A stretch of DNA of 64,000 bases from Massalongia carnosa. Lineage: Eukaryota. The stretch spans positions 558,001-622,000 of the forward strand of contig OZ287074.1 in NCBI GenBank assembly GCA_965645245.1, written 5' to 3'. The notes beneath the pieces were generated by a model, which was not told the origin of the DNA, did no database searches, and saw only the letters and a program-made list of their open reading frames with translations. Made by a program: the position numbers and the translations under genes. This document shows positions 1 to 13,549 of this stretch, piece by piece. Positions within the stretch are counted from its first letter, which is position 1, and each line of letters opens with the position of its first letter.

Positions 1-543
1 TCACTCGGAAGGTGGTGAACCAAACGAGGCTAGGCAAGGTGGTTAGCATGTATTATCTAACTGTCGCCGGAAATGGAAAGGGAATGATTGGAATTGGAGA
101 GGGGAAATCCACCGAGGTAGAGACGGGCAAGATGCAGGCCCAGCTAGCCGCAATAAGGAATTTAACACCCATACCCAGATATGAGGATCGGACCATCTAC
201 GGAGACGTCACAGCGAAAGTCGGTGCTACGGAGTTGGTTCTTATGAATAGAGCACCTGGTATATTGCTAATCCCTTTCCTATCCCAAAGACATCACCCGG
301 GAGACATCAGGCTGACCAATCTAAGGGTTCGGCTTACGATGTCAATCACTCATATTCGAGATGTGCAGATGTGCCGGTATAGCGGATATAGCGGCTCGAG
401 TTACACGGTCAAGGAATCCAATGAACACTGTTAAGGCAACAATGCAGGCGCTTTTGAGCCAGGAGCTGCCGGAGGACCTAGCAAGGGCACGGGGAAGGAA
501 GCTTGTCGATGTACGAAAGGTGTATTATAACGGAAATGTGTAG
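1..543 (+). CDS. MRPS5: Mitochondrial ribosomal protein S5 (uS5m), 3' part; runs off window start
   Basis: uS5 motifs VAGNGKGMIGIGEGK, IPRYEDRTIYG and, after GT-AG intron 259-325, GFGLRC...RSRNPMNTVKAT...VYY; stop 541-543. Confidence 0.93.
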
Positions 544-761
544 CATTGAAGCGGTGCGATTTGTAAATACAGCGTTGGCCTCGTTCCTCTACCGTAAAAC
601 CTTGAATCGAATTAAGCGATTTGGAACGAGACATCTCCCTGGGGCTCATAAGATCTTCAGCACCACATCCTCATCGAACGATTATCACATTATGCTTATT
701 TCGTTATCGTAAACATCCACAAGTACTTGACCCCTTCCATCTCTGCCCCCCCTCCCAAAAA

Positions 762-1084
762 TCACCCCTCTTCCTCCCCCCCATAAATCTGCTGCTGCAG
801 CACAATGCTATATACGCTCGCCTTCAGCAGCGTAAACACCAAACTCGTCTTCCGCTCCAGCATCCGCAATCCATCCAGTACCTCCGCCGTTGGGCGGTCA
901 GCGAGCGCGTCCAGCTGTGCTGCGAGCTGTCCACAACGCCAGTGATTGAGTGTACGAAGGTAGCTTGAATGAAGGAGTTAAAGAAATTTACCTTGTTGAG
1001 ATTTGAGAGTAGAAGAGTGTATTCGTTGAGGACTTCTTGCTCCAGCGGGCTGCAGGCAGGGGTGGAGGAATGTGGTTCTGCCAT
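762..1084 (-). CDS. DAD3: DASH/Dam1 complex subunit Dad3
   Basis: SPLEQEVLNEY...NLNK | intron 927-991 | ...VLDGLRMLERKTSLVFTLLKASVYSIVLQQ, the Dad3 signature. Confidence 0.93.
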
Positions 1085-1403
1085 TGGGATAGATTTAGGC
1101 GGACTGCTGGGTGCAGGATTTTAGTTGTGGGGTGTGGTATAGACGATGTTGGGGCATTTTGCAAGAGATCGAAAGTCTTGTTATGGATGGATGAAGCGCG
1201 TTTGTACTTATTATAGGACTTTAAGTAGGGTGCTGCTAAATCTTGGAAGCCAGGTTCAAATGCAGATGTTCAGCCTTACCCGCATTCTTTCCCGGCGCAG
1301 GAGCTCCCGCAAAACCCTGCATATTTAGCTTGTACGATGGAAGGCTTGCCTGATTGGCCTCAGATCTGCCTAGAAAACTTCAGGCAATCTCAAGATATCG
1401 ATC

Positions 1404-2945
1404 ATGAAGTCAAACCCTAAAACCATTATTTTCTTCCATCCCGACCTCGGGATTGGTGGCGCGGAAAGGCTGGTCATTGATGCGGCTGTAGGCTTGCAGA
1501 ATCTCGAGCATCGAATCACCATCTTCACTTCTCATTGCGATCCCAGCCATTGCTTCGATGAAGCTCGAGATGGTTGGTAGCTCCATATGCTCCCCCAGAT
1601 ATTCAACCAAACTTTCCAATCTTCTCTGTTTATAATGGAAACTTGTATATATTAGGTACCCTAAACGTTCGAGTGCGAGGGAACTGGCTCTTCCCCGCCA
1701 CCATTCTTGGCCGCTTCAAGATCCTCTTCACCATCCTCCGCCACATCCATCTCCTCACTGCAATCACCTGGAGCGGCGAACTGGCTTCTCTCGCCCCCAC
1801 GGCGTTTTTTGTGGATCAGTTAGCTGCGGGGATACCGCTGATGAGATGGTGGTGGCCGAACACGAGAATCCTCTTCTACTGCCACTTCCCGGACCTGTTG
1901 CTCGTGAGCGGGAGGAAGTGGTGGTGGAAACGGGTGTGGAGGGTCGGGTTTGACTGGTTGGAAGGGTGGGGGATGCGGGGGGCGGATAGGGTGGTTGTGA
2001 ATAGTAAATTCACGAAGGGGGTGGTGGAGGGCGTTTGGCCCAGACTGAGGGAGGTGGGCGTTGTGTATCCGTGCGTCGATACGAGGGGGGCAGACAGCGA
2101 TGATGTAGAGGAGAAATCGGAGCTCTGGAAGGGCAAGAAGATTCTGTTAAGCATCAATCGCTTTGAGGGAAAGAAGAACATTGAGCTAGCAATTCGGGCC
2201 TTTGCTCGCCTTTCGGAGACAGAAAGAAAAGGCGCAAGACTCGTCATCGCAGGTATTCCCCTCCAATCCTCTATCTTAAAAATGAAGAATCCTGCCAACC
2301 AGACCTCGAATTTCAATAGGTGGCTACGACCCCCGTGTCCCCGAGAACGTCTCCTACCACACCTCCCTTCTTACCCTAACAGACTCCCTCAATCTCCCCT
2401 CCGCCACCGCCAAGACCATCATCTCGGCCCTCTCCATCCCTCCCCACATCTCCGTCCTCTTCCTCCTCTCCGTACCCGCCGCGCTGAAAGCCAGCCTGCT
2501 CGCCGCCGCAACTCTGCTCGTCTACACGCCCGCGCACGAGCATTTTGGTATCGTGCCGCTGGAGGCCATGCTGGCGGGGGTGCCGGTGTTGGCGGCTGAT
2601 TCAGGGGGTCCGCTGGAGACGGTGGTAGAGGGGGAGACGGGCTGGTTGAGGGATGTGGGGAGAGTAGACGGGTGGACAGAGGTTATGAGGGAGGCGCTTG
2701 AGGACGGGAGAGAAAGGAAGTTGGAGGCGATGGGAAGGAGGGGGAGAGAGAGAGTTAGGAAGGAGTTTTCGGAGGTGAGGATGGCGGGGAGGTTGGAGGG
2801 GGAGATCGAGAGGCTGGGGTCGGGGCAACGGGGAAGGGAAAGGGTGCTTGAGGTTTGGGACGTGATGTTGGGGATTGGGGGGTTGGCTGCTGTTGTTGTT
2901 GCTATAGGGGCTGTGTGGGCTTTGGGCATAGCACGTGGTGCTTGA
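1404..2945 (+). CDS. ALG2: Alpha-1,3/1,6-mannosyltransferase
   Basis: FFHPDLGIGGAERLVIDAAVGLQ, FYCHFPD, LSINRFE, EHFGIVPLEAM; introns 1573-1655 and 2253-2319. Confidence 0.96.
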
Positions 2946-3745
2946 TCTTTTCCCCATTGGCAACTGGGTCCTCTTCCTGTCCTCTCCTTGCAATTTCTCT
3001 AAAATAACTTTCTTCCAACCTCCCAGCGCTCTCTACCAAGCACCTCTATTCCCATCCCGGTCGTTGTTGATTTTATCAGCTCGACTCCTTCCGTTTCGCT
3101 AGCAGTAATGGCCCTTGACCCTGTTGACAAATTTTCTACATCTAGAAATTCCCTATTGTTCCTGATTTCCAGCTCCCATCGATCTTTTTTCGCCCACCCT
3201 GGCTGGGAAGGAGGATGGGGGTGGCACGGTGATGTCTAGAGTGCTTGCACGCCGTATATGACATGGTATAAATTTGCCTTAAAGATTGGAAAAAACTTGT
3301 AAAGTGCCGAGCTTGGGAGTTCACTCTCTAGGCTGGCTGTGATTGTTTTCGAGGAGCAACATGTTTACGAATCAAAGGGAAAAGGGGAGATCATTGGTAA
3401 TTGATATTCTAGAGAAATGAAAAAAATAGTTATGGTATGACAAAAATGCATGTATCGAAAGGTTAGGATATATAAGAAGATGGTTTTATGCCTAGCTCAT
3501 TAACTAGAAATAACCTCTGAGGATCAAGTAGTGAAGACCGAATACATTTGAATGATCACTCAACATCTATATTGATTTGGTCACGTGATATCGCGCTCAG
3601 CGCGTCCTCGCTTTCGGCGACAATTTTTTATCCGATTAACTCAACCAAGCATGCTGTACTCTGTAGCTTCAACGAGCAAGCTAATACCAGAAGCATTGCA
3701 TTGAACACGGCATAAATTGACTGTGCTGTAATTATTGCTCTACGT

Positions 3746-3780
3746 TGCTTCGTTTCAAGATGCTTCGTTTCAAGATGCTT
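3746..3780. repeat. 15-bp tandem duplication (TGCTTCGTTTCAAGA, about 2.3 copies)
   Basis: Read directly from sequence. Confidence 0.85.
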
Positions 3781-3921
3781 TGTTACCTTTGGCTGGTTTG
3801 TTGATGGTGATAAGCCGGTTCTTATGCTCACACTAAAGAAGTTTTGAGACTAGCCACTTCTCCGATATTCTTCTGCTGTGACTCAGTTTATTGTGCACAA
3901 GTTTACAAACACTTTGTCACA

Positions 3922-5887
3922 ATGCCTCCTGGTGAAGTGATTGACCTAAGTCTTAGCACAGACGACGAAGCAGCACCGCGTCGAGCGTCAGTGCAGGAGA
4001 AAAGCAGTGCTCCTAAAACGCTAGCGCACAACGGATTCGTGTTCTTGGAGGATGACTTTGATAGCACCGTGCATCTTGATGAGAGCTGGATGGAAAGTGC
4101 ATTGAAGAGAAGGAAAACAAGCTTCTCTCCAGAGGAGCAAAATGGACCTTTGAAGACGGATCAAGCGCTTCAAGGCGGTCAGGGAGCTACATTGGGCAAA
4201 GCGGCCTATCAAGGGACATCAAGAACTATACAAAAGAACGCTCTAAATAAAGAAGCTCACTCCATTCACTCTTCGGCGTTGGACCTAACTCCTCCGAGTA
4301 AACCGACAAGTATGCTGGAGTCAATCGCAATAATGACCGATGAATCCGACGATAGTTTCCCGGAAGACATTATACATGGCTCCATACGGCAAGTCAGACA
4401 GGGTCCTGGCCTGTCCGAGAGAACAGCAGCTCTACTTGCGAGTTTCGAGGAGCCCGCGAAGAGGAAAAGGACCAGTGGTGAGCGACGAAAGCTAAAGGAG
4501 AACAGTGGGAGCTGTGAAAGGGAACCGCAGCTAAGCACTGAAGAGTTAGATTTAGAAGATAACAAGATTTCAAAAGTAGGCAAACCGTCGGGTAAGACCA
4601 AACTTACAGAGGCGGAAAGGGCTGCAAGAGCAGAGGAGAAGGGAGATTTAAGGATTGCTACCAAAATAAGAAAGGAAAAAGAAAAGAAGGAGCAACAGGA
4701 AAGGAAACTATTGCTGAAGGAGGAGAAAGCGCACGAGAAGCTCAAGGCTGCTGCTTTGGTTGAGGTCAACAGGTCCAAAATGGATAAGAAAATCACGGGT
4801 CCAGATATGATTGTAGATTTACCAACTTCTATCGACGGCAATACCGTAGAGATCCAAATCCGAGAATTTCTTCGAAACTTGCAAATTGAGGCAACTTCCT
4901 ATCAAAGCCCTTTGCCAAACATGATCAAGTGGAGGCGAAAGGTCAAGTCCCGGTACAATCCAGAGAAAGAGCATTGGGAGCCCATCCAGCCAATGGAGAT
5001 TGAAGATGAGAAGCATGTCATGTGCCTCATGTCTGCTCAAGAGTTTGTTGCTTTAGCGTCTACTCAATCTCCTCAGATCGATGACCCAGATTTAGAAGCG
5101 CATGTGCTTAAGCTAAGAGGTAAATTCGAGGGATGCACACCGATCTATCTCATCGAGGGTCTAACGTCGTGGATGCGAAAAAACAAGACCACGCTCAATA
5201 GGGCTTACCAGGCCGCAGTGCTCACTCAAATGGGCGGCCAGGAGAACGGTGGCCCTAGAGGAAACCAGAAAACATGTTCTCGGCGCAAGAAGTCTGCGCA
5301 CACATATGTGGACGAAGATATGATTGAAGACGCATTACTACGATTGCAAGTTATCCACAAGTGCTTAGTGCACCACACTATGAATTCAATGGAGACTGCA
5401 GAATGGGTAACGAACTTTACGCAGCACATTTCAACTATCCCCGCGAGGTAATGCATCACTGTGCTATAGCGCCTGGTTGTAGCTAACGTTTGTTGAAAGA
5501 ATGGAGCGCCGAAACCTAGATACTACTTTCTGTATGGACTCTGGTCAGGTGAAGACTGGCGAAGACAAGAATGATACATATATAAAGATGCTGCAAGAAG
5601 TTATCAGGGTAACTGCTCCTGTAGCATATGGCATTGCTGCTGAATACCCGAATGTCGTAAGCTTGGTCCAGGCCATGAGGAGAAAAGGCCCGCTTGCCTT
5701 GGAGAAAATCGAGGTACGTGAAAACCAACGAGTCTTTGCGAGAGAAATTAAGGGCTAAGATATCATGGCATCACAGAAATGCGCGAACAAGAATGGAGCC
5801 CGGACAGACCGGAAAATTGGTCCTGCTATCAGCAAAAGGATGTATAATGTATTCATGGAGAATGACCCATCATCTACCGACGTTTGA
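3922..5887 (+). CDS. EME1: Mus81 partner, ERCC4-domain crossover junction endonuclease subunit
   Basis: Coiled coil, then MIVDLP, IKWRRKV, PIYLIEGL, IEDALLRLQV, FTQHISTIP, FCMDSGQVKTG, KIGPAISKR; introns about 5448-5499 and 5714-5777. Confidence 0.88.
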
Positions 5888-6319
5888 ACCTTGCAAACAG
5901 CATTCCAGGACCTTGTTCCAGTTGAGCAATATTCTCAGACTAAGTGGGTTGATCATATATGTTTTTCTAGAGCTCGATACCCCTTGATTTGAAAGTTCCT
6001 GCTGTGACTCTGTGTATTTTGACGACCCTAACAAGCTGGAAACAATCAACGTTACGTCATACATGTACGATAACTACCCTATACCTTGCCCCTGAACCCT
6101 GAACGCCTCTCAGCTATCAAGTTCGTATTCTGTAGAGTACTTCTCTAACGGTATTCCTAATTTGTAATCGATAAACGAGACACAGCACAAGAGTCTTGTT
6201 GTCATGTTGGCAGCATTCTGTGAACATCGTGCCCCTTCCGCTTGTTGATTATTGATATCGTGGTTTACCGCCGAAATCCGCTCACCTTTCCAACTCAACA
6301 TTCTCTGCCACAATCAATC

Positions 6320-7260
6320 ATGCGTCTCTCGCTTTATCCTACTACTCTCTCACTCCTCCTAACCTCAACGGTCCATGCCCACTACGGCCACAACCAGCAA
6401 CCGGTCAGCGACGATGCCGATTGGGCAATGCGTCATATGTCCGGTATGGCTTTCCCACTTTCATCACCTATCATCAAATCATTCCTGCTAACCTCGACCG
6501 GTGTGTAGAGGAGCATCACATTGCGAATTTCGACCCTGGTGCCTTCTTCACCCTTCATGACTACGATTCTTCCCTCGCCTGGACTCCCTCCGAGATCCGA
6601 CGCACCTATGGGTTAGACGACGAGTCCGCGCGCGGAGTTCCGGAGGAGAAGAGAGAGGAGGTGGTGAAGGGCGTCTTGGCGGCTTTTGATCGGGATGGGG
6701 ATGGGATAATCGATCGGCGGGAATGGTTGGATGGGTGGATGGCGGGCAAAAGATTGCCGGATTTTGGGGTAAGGTTTGCCCGCTCCTTGGATTTTGAATG
6801 CCGGGCAGAGGAGAGAAGAGGTGGTAGAGTTTGGGAAAGGAGCGATTAGATGGATAATACGAGCGAGGAAACTGGATGATTATGCTAATTCTTAGCTGGA
6901 TGACTTTGTAGCTGGGCCCTGGACATCACGGTGACGACGAGTACGAGTACGAGATCCACCATTTCGAGAAGTATCACGATGAAAGTAAGTTTGGCGTTTA
7001 CCTTTCGTCTGTAACCTTCCCACGAACTCCTTGCAATCATCAATCTTCACTCTCTTTCAGGGCAATACAACGCGCAGGGGCTATAGCTGACTTAAATCAC
7101 CACAGATACCCGCGAAGAAGACCTCACGCATCCAGAAGACATTGCGCACTTCAAGAAGCACGACGAGCTAGAGGATGCGGCCGAGCGCCAGGAAGCGCAG
7201 GACCGCAAGACCATCGTCGAGGAGAACATCCCGCAGAAGTTTCGGCGCTCCCCTTCCTGA
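6320..7260 (+). CDS. SSP120: Secretory-pathway EF-hand protein Ssp120
   Basis: Signal peptide, DWAMRHMSEEHHIANFD, EF-hand DRDGDGIIDRREW, GPGHHGDDEYEYEIHHFEKYH, HPEDIAHFKKH, NIPQKFRR; three introns. Confidence 0.9.
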
Positions 7261-7461
7261 GACGCTACACGACCCTTCGTCTCCAGTTATCAGGCACGGC
7301 GGCGGTAGGGCCCGCATATTCTATTTCGCGCTCACGGTGCTATTCTGCTGGGGCAGGTTCTGGGACCGGGCGGCGAGGGACTTTGACACGTATTACCCCG
7401 TAACGTATTCCGTGCTGTACCTCAGCCTCGTAGCGCTAGCGTGGCTGCGTTCCGCGGAGGG

Positions 7462-9306
7462 CTAAGCAACGAGAGGCATGATGGAGATGTCCAGCACGCA
7501 ATGCACCACGCCCGGCGCGTAGCCCTTGACCTGTTCGAAATGCACGCATTTGACCACCCGTCGCGGTCCTTTCCCCCCTCCCCCCCTTTCCCGTTGCCGC
7601 TGCTGCTGCTCTTCCTGCTCCTGCTGTTGTTGCACCAAGCCCCTGAAAACCCGCACGATTTCCTCCGTCCTACGCTCAAACGCGCTCACCGCGATGTTCT
7701 CGTGAGCGTGGATCCAGCCGCCTTGGGCGGGATCGAGCACCCGCACCGCCACGCCCCAGCTCGCCTCCGACGACGGCAGGAACCCGCAGTTGACGTGCCG
7801 AACCGGCGGGATCTGGGCTCGCATCGCCTCGATCCTGGCTGCGGCCCGCTGGTTGCTTTCGTGAAACACCAGCAATCGTTCCCCACTATGCTTCCACGCC
7901 TTTTTCCCTGGTTGCTTCCCCTCTCCTGCTGCTCGTTCGTCCTTACCTTCCTCCTTTCCCAGCCCCACCCCATCATCCCTCTCCCCTTCACCATCCCCAA
8001 AAATCGCAACCCCCCACCCATTCGGCCCCGCCCCCCTCCTCAACCCCTCCACGCTCCACCCGCTCAACTCCCAACACAGCACCACCTCCACCCCAGCCCT
8101 GACATAGCAAAACGCAAAATACCCCACCCCCGCATACAAATCCACCGCGCTGCTTCTCTCCCTCTCCCTCCCCTTCCCTTGGCCTTCTTCTTCTCCCCCA
8201 TCTCCACTCCTCGTCGCCGTCGCCCTACCGAGCAGCCTCAGTAAGCGCGCTTTCTCGGACACGTTACCGCGCGAAAACATGGTGTGGCGTGGCGCCCAGG
8301 TTTGCAGGATGCCGTTTTGCCGCGCGGTGCACCAGAACGCGCGGGCGAAGTCGGCCTGGGTGGGGACGTGGCTGGGGGGGAGGACGGGGCCGAAGTCGTT
8401 GTGGAGGGGGTGAAGGTCAGGGAGGCGGAGGATGTTATTGGCGGGTTGAGGATCTTCTTCTTTATCTCCTTCTGCTTCAGCGTCTATGTCCCCCTCCCCC
8501 ACCGCGGTCATGGAAGACACCGTAGCCGGAACCCGTCCCTGAAGCGCCACATGCGTCACCCCCATCTCCCTGCACACCATCGCCCACAGCACCGGCACAA
8601 GCGCCACCAGCCTCCCACCTGGCGACAGCAGTGCCGGCCACGGGGCCAGGGTGAACGTGTTCTGCGGGAGTAGCAGCAGCGGCGAATAGATAGTGTATGC
8701 GTGGGGAAGCGGGACGGGGGCGGGGCCTAGAGGCGGCGACGGGAGGGAGAGGAGCCATTTCTGGAGGACGAGGGATAGAGGGGATTTGGGGGGATAGTGC
8801 AGATGAGGGGATGGAGGGGGAAGAGGGGGAAGGGGGTGGAAGTATAGGGATATGGATGCGGTGGTGGCCGGGGGGAGGTTGAGAGTGGTGGGTAGGGACT
8901 CGAGGAGTTTTTCCTCTTCCTCTATTTCTTCGTCTAGGTGGGGGAATGCGGCGGAGGTAGTAGTGAACGTCGTGGGAATGAGATATCTCTCCTCTTTCTC
9001 CTCCTCTGCTGCCGCTACTGCTGCCGCTACTGCTGTTCTTGTAGCCTGTACCGAAACTCGCCGTGAAGTGGGCGTTTGCGATTGGCTCGTGCCGGGAGGA
9101 CAGGAGGAACGGGGACAGCAATCGGAGTGGAGCGGCTGGATTTTGCGGCTCCGGTCGAGTTTTCCGCAGGCCTGAAGGGCGTCTTTGATGGTTTTAACGA
9201 GGGGTTTGGGCACGGCGAGGAGGATGCGAGAGGAGCGTTGGGGTTTGGGGGGTGGGAGTGGGATTGGGATTGGGAGTGGGGTTTCGGGGGTGGGGGATTC
9301 TTCCAT
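7462..9306 (-). CDS. TRM12: tRNA wybutosine-synthesizing protein 2 (Tyw2/Trm12)
   Basis: QNGILQTWAPRHTMFSRGNVSEK, VDLYAGVGYF, HVNCGFLPSS, WIHAHEN, VKGYAPGVVHCVLD; single 614-aa ORF. Confidence 0.92.
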   Translation of the reverse strand: MEESPTPETPLPIPIPLPPPKPQRSSRILLAVPKPLVKTIKDALQACGKLDRSRKIQPLHSDCCPRSSCPPGTSQSQTPTSRRVSVQATRTAVAAAVAAAEEEKEERYLIPTTFTTTSAAFPHLDEEIEEEEKLLESLPTTLNLPPATTASISLYFHPLPPLPPPSPHLHYPPKSPLSLVLQKWLLSLPSPPLGPAPVPLPHAYTIYSPLLLLPQNTFTLAPWPALLSPGGRLVALVPVLWAMVCREMGVTHVALQGRVPATVSSMTAVGEGDIDAEAEGDKEEDPQPANNILRLPDLHPLHNDFGPVLPPSHVPTQADFARAFWCTARQNGILQTWAPRHTMFSRGNVSEKARLLRLLGRATATRSGDGGEEEGQGKGRERERSSAVDLYAGVGYFAFCYVRAGVEVVLCWELSGWSVEGLRRGAGPNGWGVAIFGDGEGERDDGVGLGKEEGKDERAAGEGKQPGKKAWKHSGERLLVFHESNQRAAARIEAMRAQIPPVRHVNCGFLPSSEASWGVAVRVLDPAQGGWIHAHENIAVSAFERRTEEIVRVFRGLVQQQQEQEEQQQRQRERGGGGKGPRRVVKCVHFEQVKGYAPGVVHCVLDISIMPLVA

Positions 9307-10130
9307 TTTGTGGTGAGGGGTGGGAGGGGAAATATAATTTAATTTACCTCTTACATTAAAAATCGGTGGTTCAAAATGGGATAGTCATGCTTGCATCTTT
9401 CTTGGAGGTATTCTTCTACCTTTACCTCTACCTCTTACTACATACCTACCTAACCACCCCGGGGCACACCACACACGCGAGGTTTTGGGTGCCTAGTTAG
9501 TCAGTTATGTACACCAAATGTGGGGGCGGCAGTCAGTCAGCTATTTGCTGTTTGTTTATTTCTTTTTCTCTTTGTTCCCTGGAGATGCGCCAAGGGGAGT
9601 AAAGCAGAGTATGTAATATGTGTTATGTATGTATATAGGTCCGGGAAGGAGGCCCAAAGGGGGGGGGGTTAGGGGGCGGAAAACGCGCGGGGGGAAAGTT
9701 ACCAGAGTAGTTGGGGGGTGATTCGGAAGGTTTTCCATTGTAAAAGACGGGACAACGGGAGTGCGTGGGTGAGGCGTGAAAGGATGAACTGGCGATAGCT
9801 AGAAGAGAGTGACCAAGGAGAGAATGCGTTGGATGTAGGGGGGGGTTGAAATCGGCCATAGTTTGAAGAATGCTGGACCTGTTCTATATTAAAATGACGG
9901 ATGAATGTCTATGATAAGATCGAACCCCTTTATTATGAATATATTATACTTGCCACCGCCGCCAGCCCTCCCCCAAAAAAAGAAAACGCAGAGTGGTATC
10001 ATCGCAAGGTATCTTAATTCCCCCCCAATGCTCCCTTAAGTCCCAAAAATGCGCGATTCCAACCCGCTTTCCGAGTCGCTATTGTCCCGTCGCCCACGAC
10101 ACCACGTCTCCAAATGGGCGTGATAGGCAC

Positions 10131-12327
10131 TCAATTTACAATGATTTTGCAACGATCTAGCGTCTTCTCCAGCTCCGCCAAATCCCATCCGGCCGCCTTC
10201 TTGAACCGGTCGGAGTGCTTGTCTTTCAAGTGGCTTTTTAGCGCCTTGCGATCCTCGTACTCCTTCTCCGCGCGCTGACACCCCACGACCTCGCACTGGT
10301 ACCATGCGCCGAAACACGTCTTTTCCCACCTTTGCGGATCCGCCTTTGTGCGTCTACGGCGGTTTTCGACAAGGATAGCGGCGCAGTGCTCAAGCCAGTT
10401 TCTTACCTCTGACTTGGCAAGGTAACTTTCCGTGTGGGCACGGATGGAGTCGAGGGTCATGTTTTTGGCCAGGAGCCAGTCAGGGATTCCGGAACCTTGT
10501 GAAGACTCGGGGGCCAGGGGAATGCATGGTCTTTTTTCTGCAGCGCTGCCCTCGTCACTCTCTGCGTTGTTAGACATCTTGGAGCCTGATCTGGGTGTCT
10601 TCCTCGATCGAAGCGTGCCTATGGCTTTCCCAACATTCGTCCGCAAACTACCCCTGACGCGCCATTCGTCGAGTTTCATGGCGTCGAGCCCTTCTTCCAC
10701 GTTGAGCCTAAAGTAATCAAATTTTTCCTCGGATGGAATTCTATCGCGCGTCCTCAACATGCGCACGTGCGTCTCCTGCGAATCGGAGGCCCATTTCTTG
10801 GCCCAATTAAGGTAGTTCCAATACCGCGTAAGACCCTGGCCGCTGAAACGCGCCGTTTTGTTGTTTTTCCCTGTCCCGATACTGAGGATAACTCGTACGC
10901 ACTTGTCCGAGTTGTTATTCATCTTCCGAACCTCGTCGTAGATCTCCTCGCATGGATTGTTGGCCCCCATGCCACCGTCCAAGTACTCCAGATCACCGGT
11001 TTTTTGAGGCTCGAAGTAAGTCGGAGCTGCGGATGTGGCCCGCGCTACTTGCCAGATAGGAATGTCGTGAGCCAGGCCAGGATTTCTATCTAGTACTCTT
11101 TCCTGTATAGTGGTACTCCTGTGTAGGTTTTTGTAGCTTCGAAAGATATATGGGCTCTCGGGTACTCTGCTTCTTTGGCGCTGATAAGAAAGAACTACGC
11201 TATATCGCGCGTTAGCATGACTTGGAACCGCCGGCGAAACGGTGAACCTTACATTCGACACCTATTCTCATCAAACCCAAAATTTCTACCTCCCGGAAAG
11301 CTTGCCACATGAGGTACTCTATTATCCACCACCTTTTGAATGACCTCCTCTAGGACCTTGTGGTTATATTTGTCTCTGGGCCAAAACAGGGGGGATCTGA
11401 TATGGAACCAACGACTACGTCCGAAAACCTTCTCCCCAAAGTATTGATAATCTTTAATACAATCGTCAATGTTCATTCGCAAACGCCCAAGCATGATGCT
11501 GATAAGTCTAAGCCCGATTAGCCAACTTTATGGAAAGATTGAAGGGTATCTTCACCCTCCGGTGCTTGTACCCGCCATGTAATCAAAGTAATGGCAAGGA
11601 AGCCATGGAGAAGTTTCGGTTTCAGAGGCGTCAATAGGATCCCGACTTTGTATAGACTCGGAATCGGTTACCATTTTCGGAGACAACGGGTGGAAGCTTG
11701 ATTTGGCCGGACCATCACGATGGTTGGTTTCCAGCTTTCCGATTTCTCTGATAAGAGCTTTCATTATCAGGAGCGCCGAGTATCCACGAATACCGCCGCC
11801 GTCTAGACTTGTTAGATGAACTGCCGCATCGCCAGAAATAATAAAACCGGAAGTTTTTGCATCATACCTAATGCCAAGAGCGCCTTTTGATCCCAGACTG
11901 CCGTTTCTTCAAACGATGCTGAAGCGTCCGTGGTAAGAGAAGAATTGGTATTGATAGTGGATTGTCTTTTTGGGTTCTTGAATAATGCATCACTGTCATT
12001 GGATCGCGTTCTATGGAAAGAAAAGTGCGGATGGCTTTTTTCCCAGCGAATTTGCCCTACAGGAGACTTCCCATCAAACGTTGCGCGCTGAACGACGTTG
12101 GGAGCGTTGATGTTGCGAGACTTCGATCCGATTTGTGGGTCATGGGAAGCCACGGGATGAGTTGATCTTCTTTCGGGAGGATTTGATGTGTCCTTGAAGT
12201 CATGAACCTCGCTTTTGGAAAGTAATGGGTCTGGCGACTTAGACCGCCCACGGCTTATACTATCCTCTACGATGGTGCCGAGATTTGGTCCGCGTTGACC
12301 ATTGTCAGTATTAGCATGTAATGACAT
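10131..12327 (-). CDS. Patatin-like phospholipase with C-terminal C2H2 zinc finger; 5' end uncertain
   Basis: Spliced LALDGGGIRG, GTSTGG (GxSxG), ARATSAAPTYF, YLDGG, SIGTG; C-terminal CEVVGC...HLKDKH. Confidence 0.88.
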
Positions 12328-13342
12328 CCTTATTAGTCAAGCTCTGTGGTTTACTCGACATCCTCAGGCACGCGAGACATGAATATCTTAAATGAAAATC
12401 CTTCGCCTGGGAGTCGAGAGCACCAGTTCATGACAAGAGCGGCAGTCAGCCGCAGTTTGGAGTTGCACAAGGCTGGAGTCTTTCGAACTGGAGGACGGTG
12501 TAAAAATACGTGCCATGAGGCAGAGAGTAGCGTTAGCGAGGAACCGGAGCGAATCGTATCGCTGCCATATGTGCTCCAGAGCCTGGTGGCTTCTGATTCA
12601 AAATGCCTTCTGGGCTGTCTATGCGCCTTGAAGCCAATTGGACAGATAGTCCACATCCTTGTTGCAGCCCCTTAGGTAACGCATCGAGGAGCTAGTTTCC
12701 TCTGTCATGAGAAATATACTCCGTAGTAGTAGGTATAACTGATCAAATCTGGATGGTCGGAATTTGGTTGAACTAAATTTCCCTACTCTGTTGATTGGTG
12801 TAGATGAGACAAACAGCCATCACTCTGATCGCTCTCTCGTCCCTCTAGTCTGCTCAGCCTTTGGCTAGATGCAATGACCGTATGTTATGCCAAAAGAAGT
12901 GGGTGCCCGTAAGAGCGTAATGGGATGATGCATTACATTGGGGCGCAGCCAGACCACGTAGTTATAAATCGCGACAGATTCTGAATGCGGAAAGCCATCA
13001 GCATAAGGGTCCCTCCTTCACGGTGCTCTAGTTAACAATCGGAAATAACTACGAGCTTTGCGCCCCACCAACTGTTGGTAGCAGGCATACGGAGGTGGTA
13101 CTAAGCTCGTTGGAAGGAAAGGAGGGACAATTCTGCAAAGGCAAAAGAAAAGGCGCAGGGTAATCACTCCTGTCCATGTCTTGCCCCTAACGGCGCTAAA
13201 TTCCGCCCAATTCAGCCTCGACTCTAGCGTCCCATCTATCGCGACCAAACAGACAAAGTTAAGGAAGAAGCTGAAACTAAATTTGTCTCACTCAGGTAAG
13301 ATTGTCGTTCGGAAATAGATTCTGTTGGTTAGGCTGTCTAAC

Positions 13343-13549
13343 TGATCATAGGGCTGGGCCATGATCATAAGGCTGGGCCATGATCATGTCACTGTCATGA
13401 GTCGTAAAAAGTCCCATGCGCCGAGAGGCAAGGGAGGATGCATTGATGCTTACTCTTTATAAAGTCTAACGTATCCCCTCAACACTTGTCCTATTCATTG
13501 GTTTTCCCTAGTTCTATCGTCCTATTCAATGGTTTTCCCTAGTTCTATC
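13343..13549. repeat. Two local tandem duplications: 19-bp unit (13343-13387) and 31-bp unit (13488-13549)
   Basis: TGATCATARGGCTGGGCCA about 2.4 copies; GTCCTATTCAWTGGTTTTCCCTAGTTCTATC 2 copies. Confidence 0.9.

Noticed and set aside
7441..9342. Long + strand ORFs opposite TRM12, and similar antisense ORFs over ALG2, SEN54 and the protease
   Set aside because: Shadow frames from GC-rich, low-complexity coding DNA; no recognisable motifs
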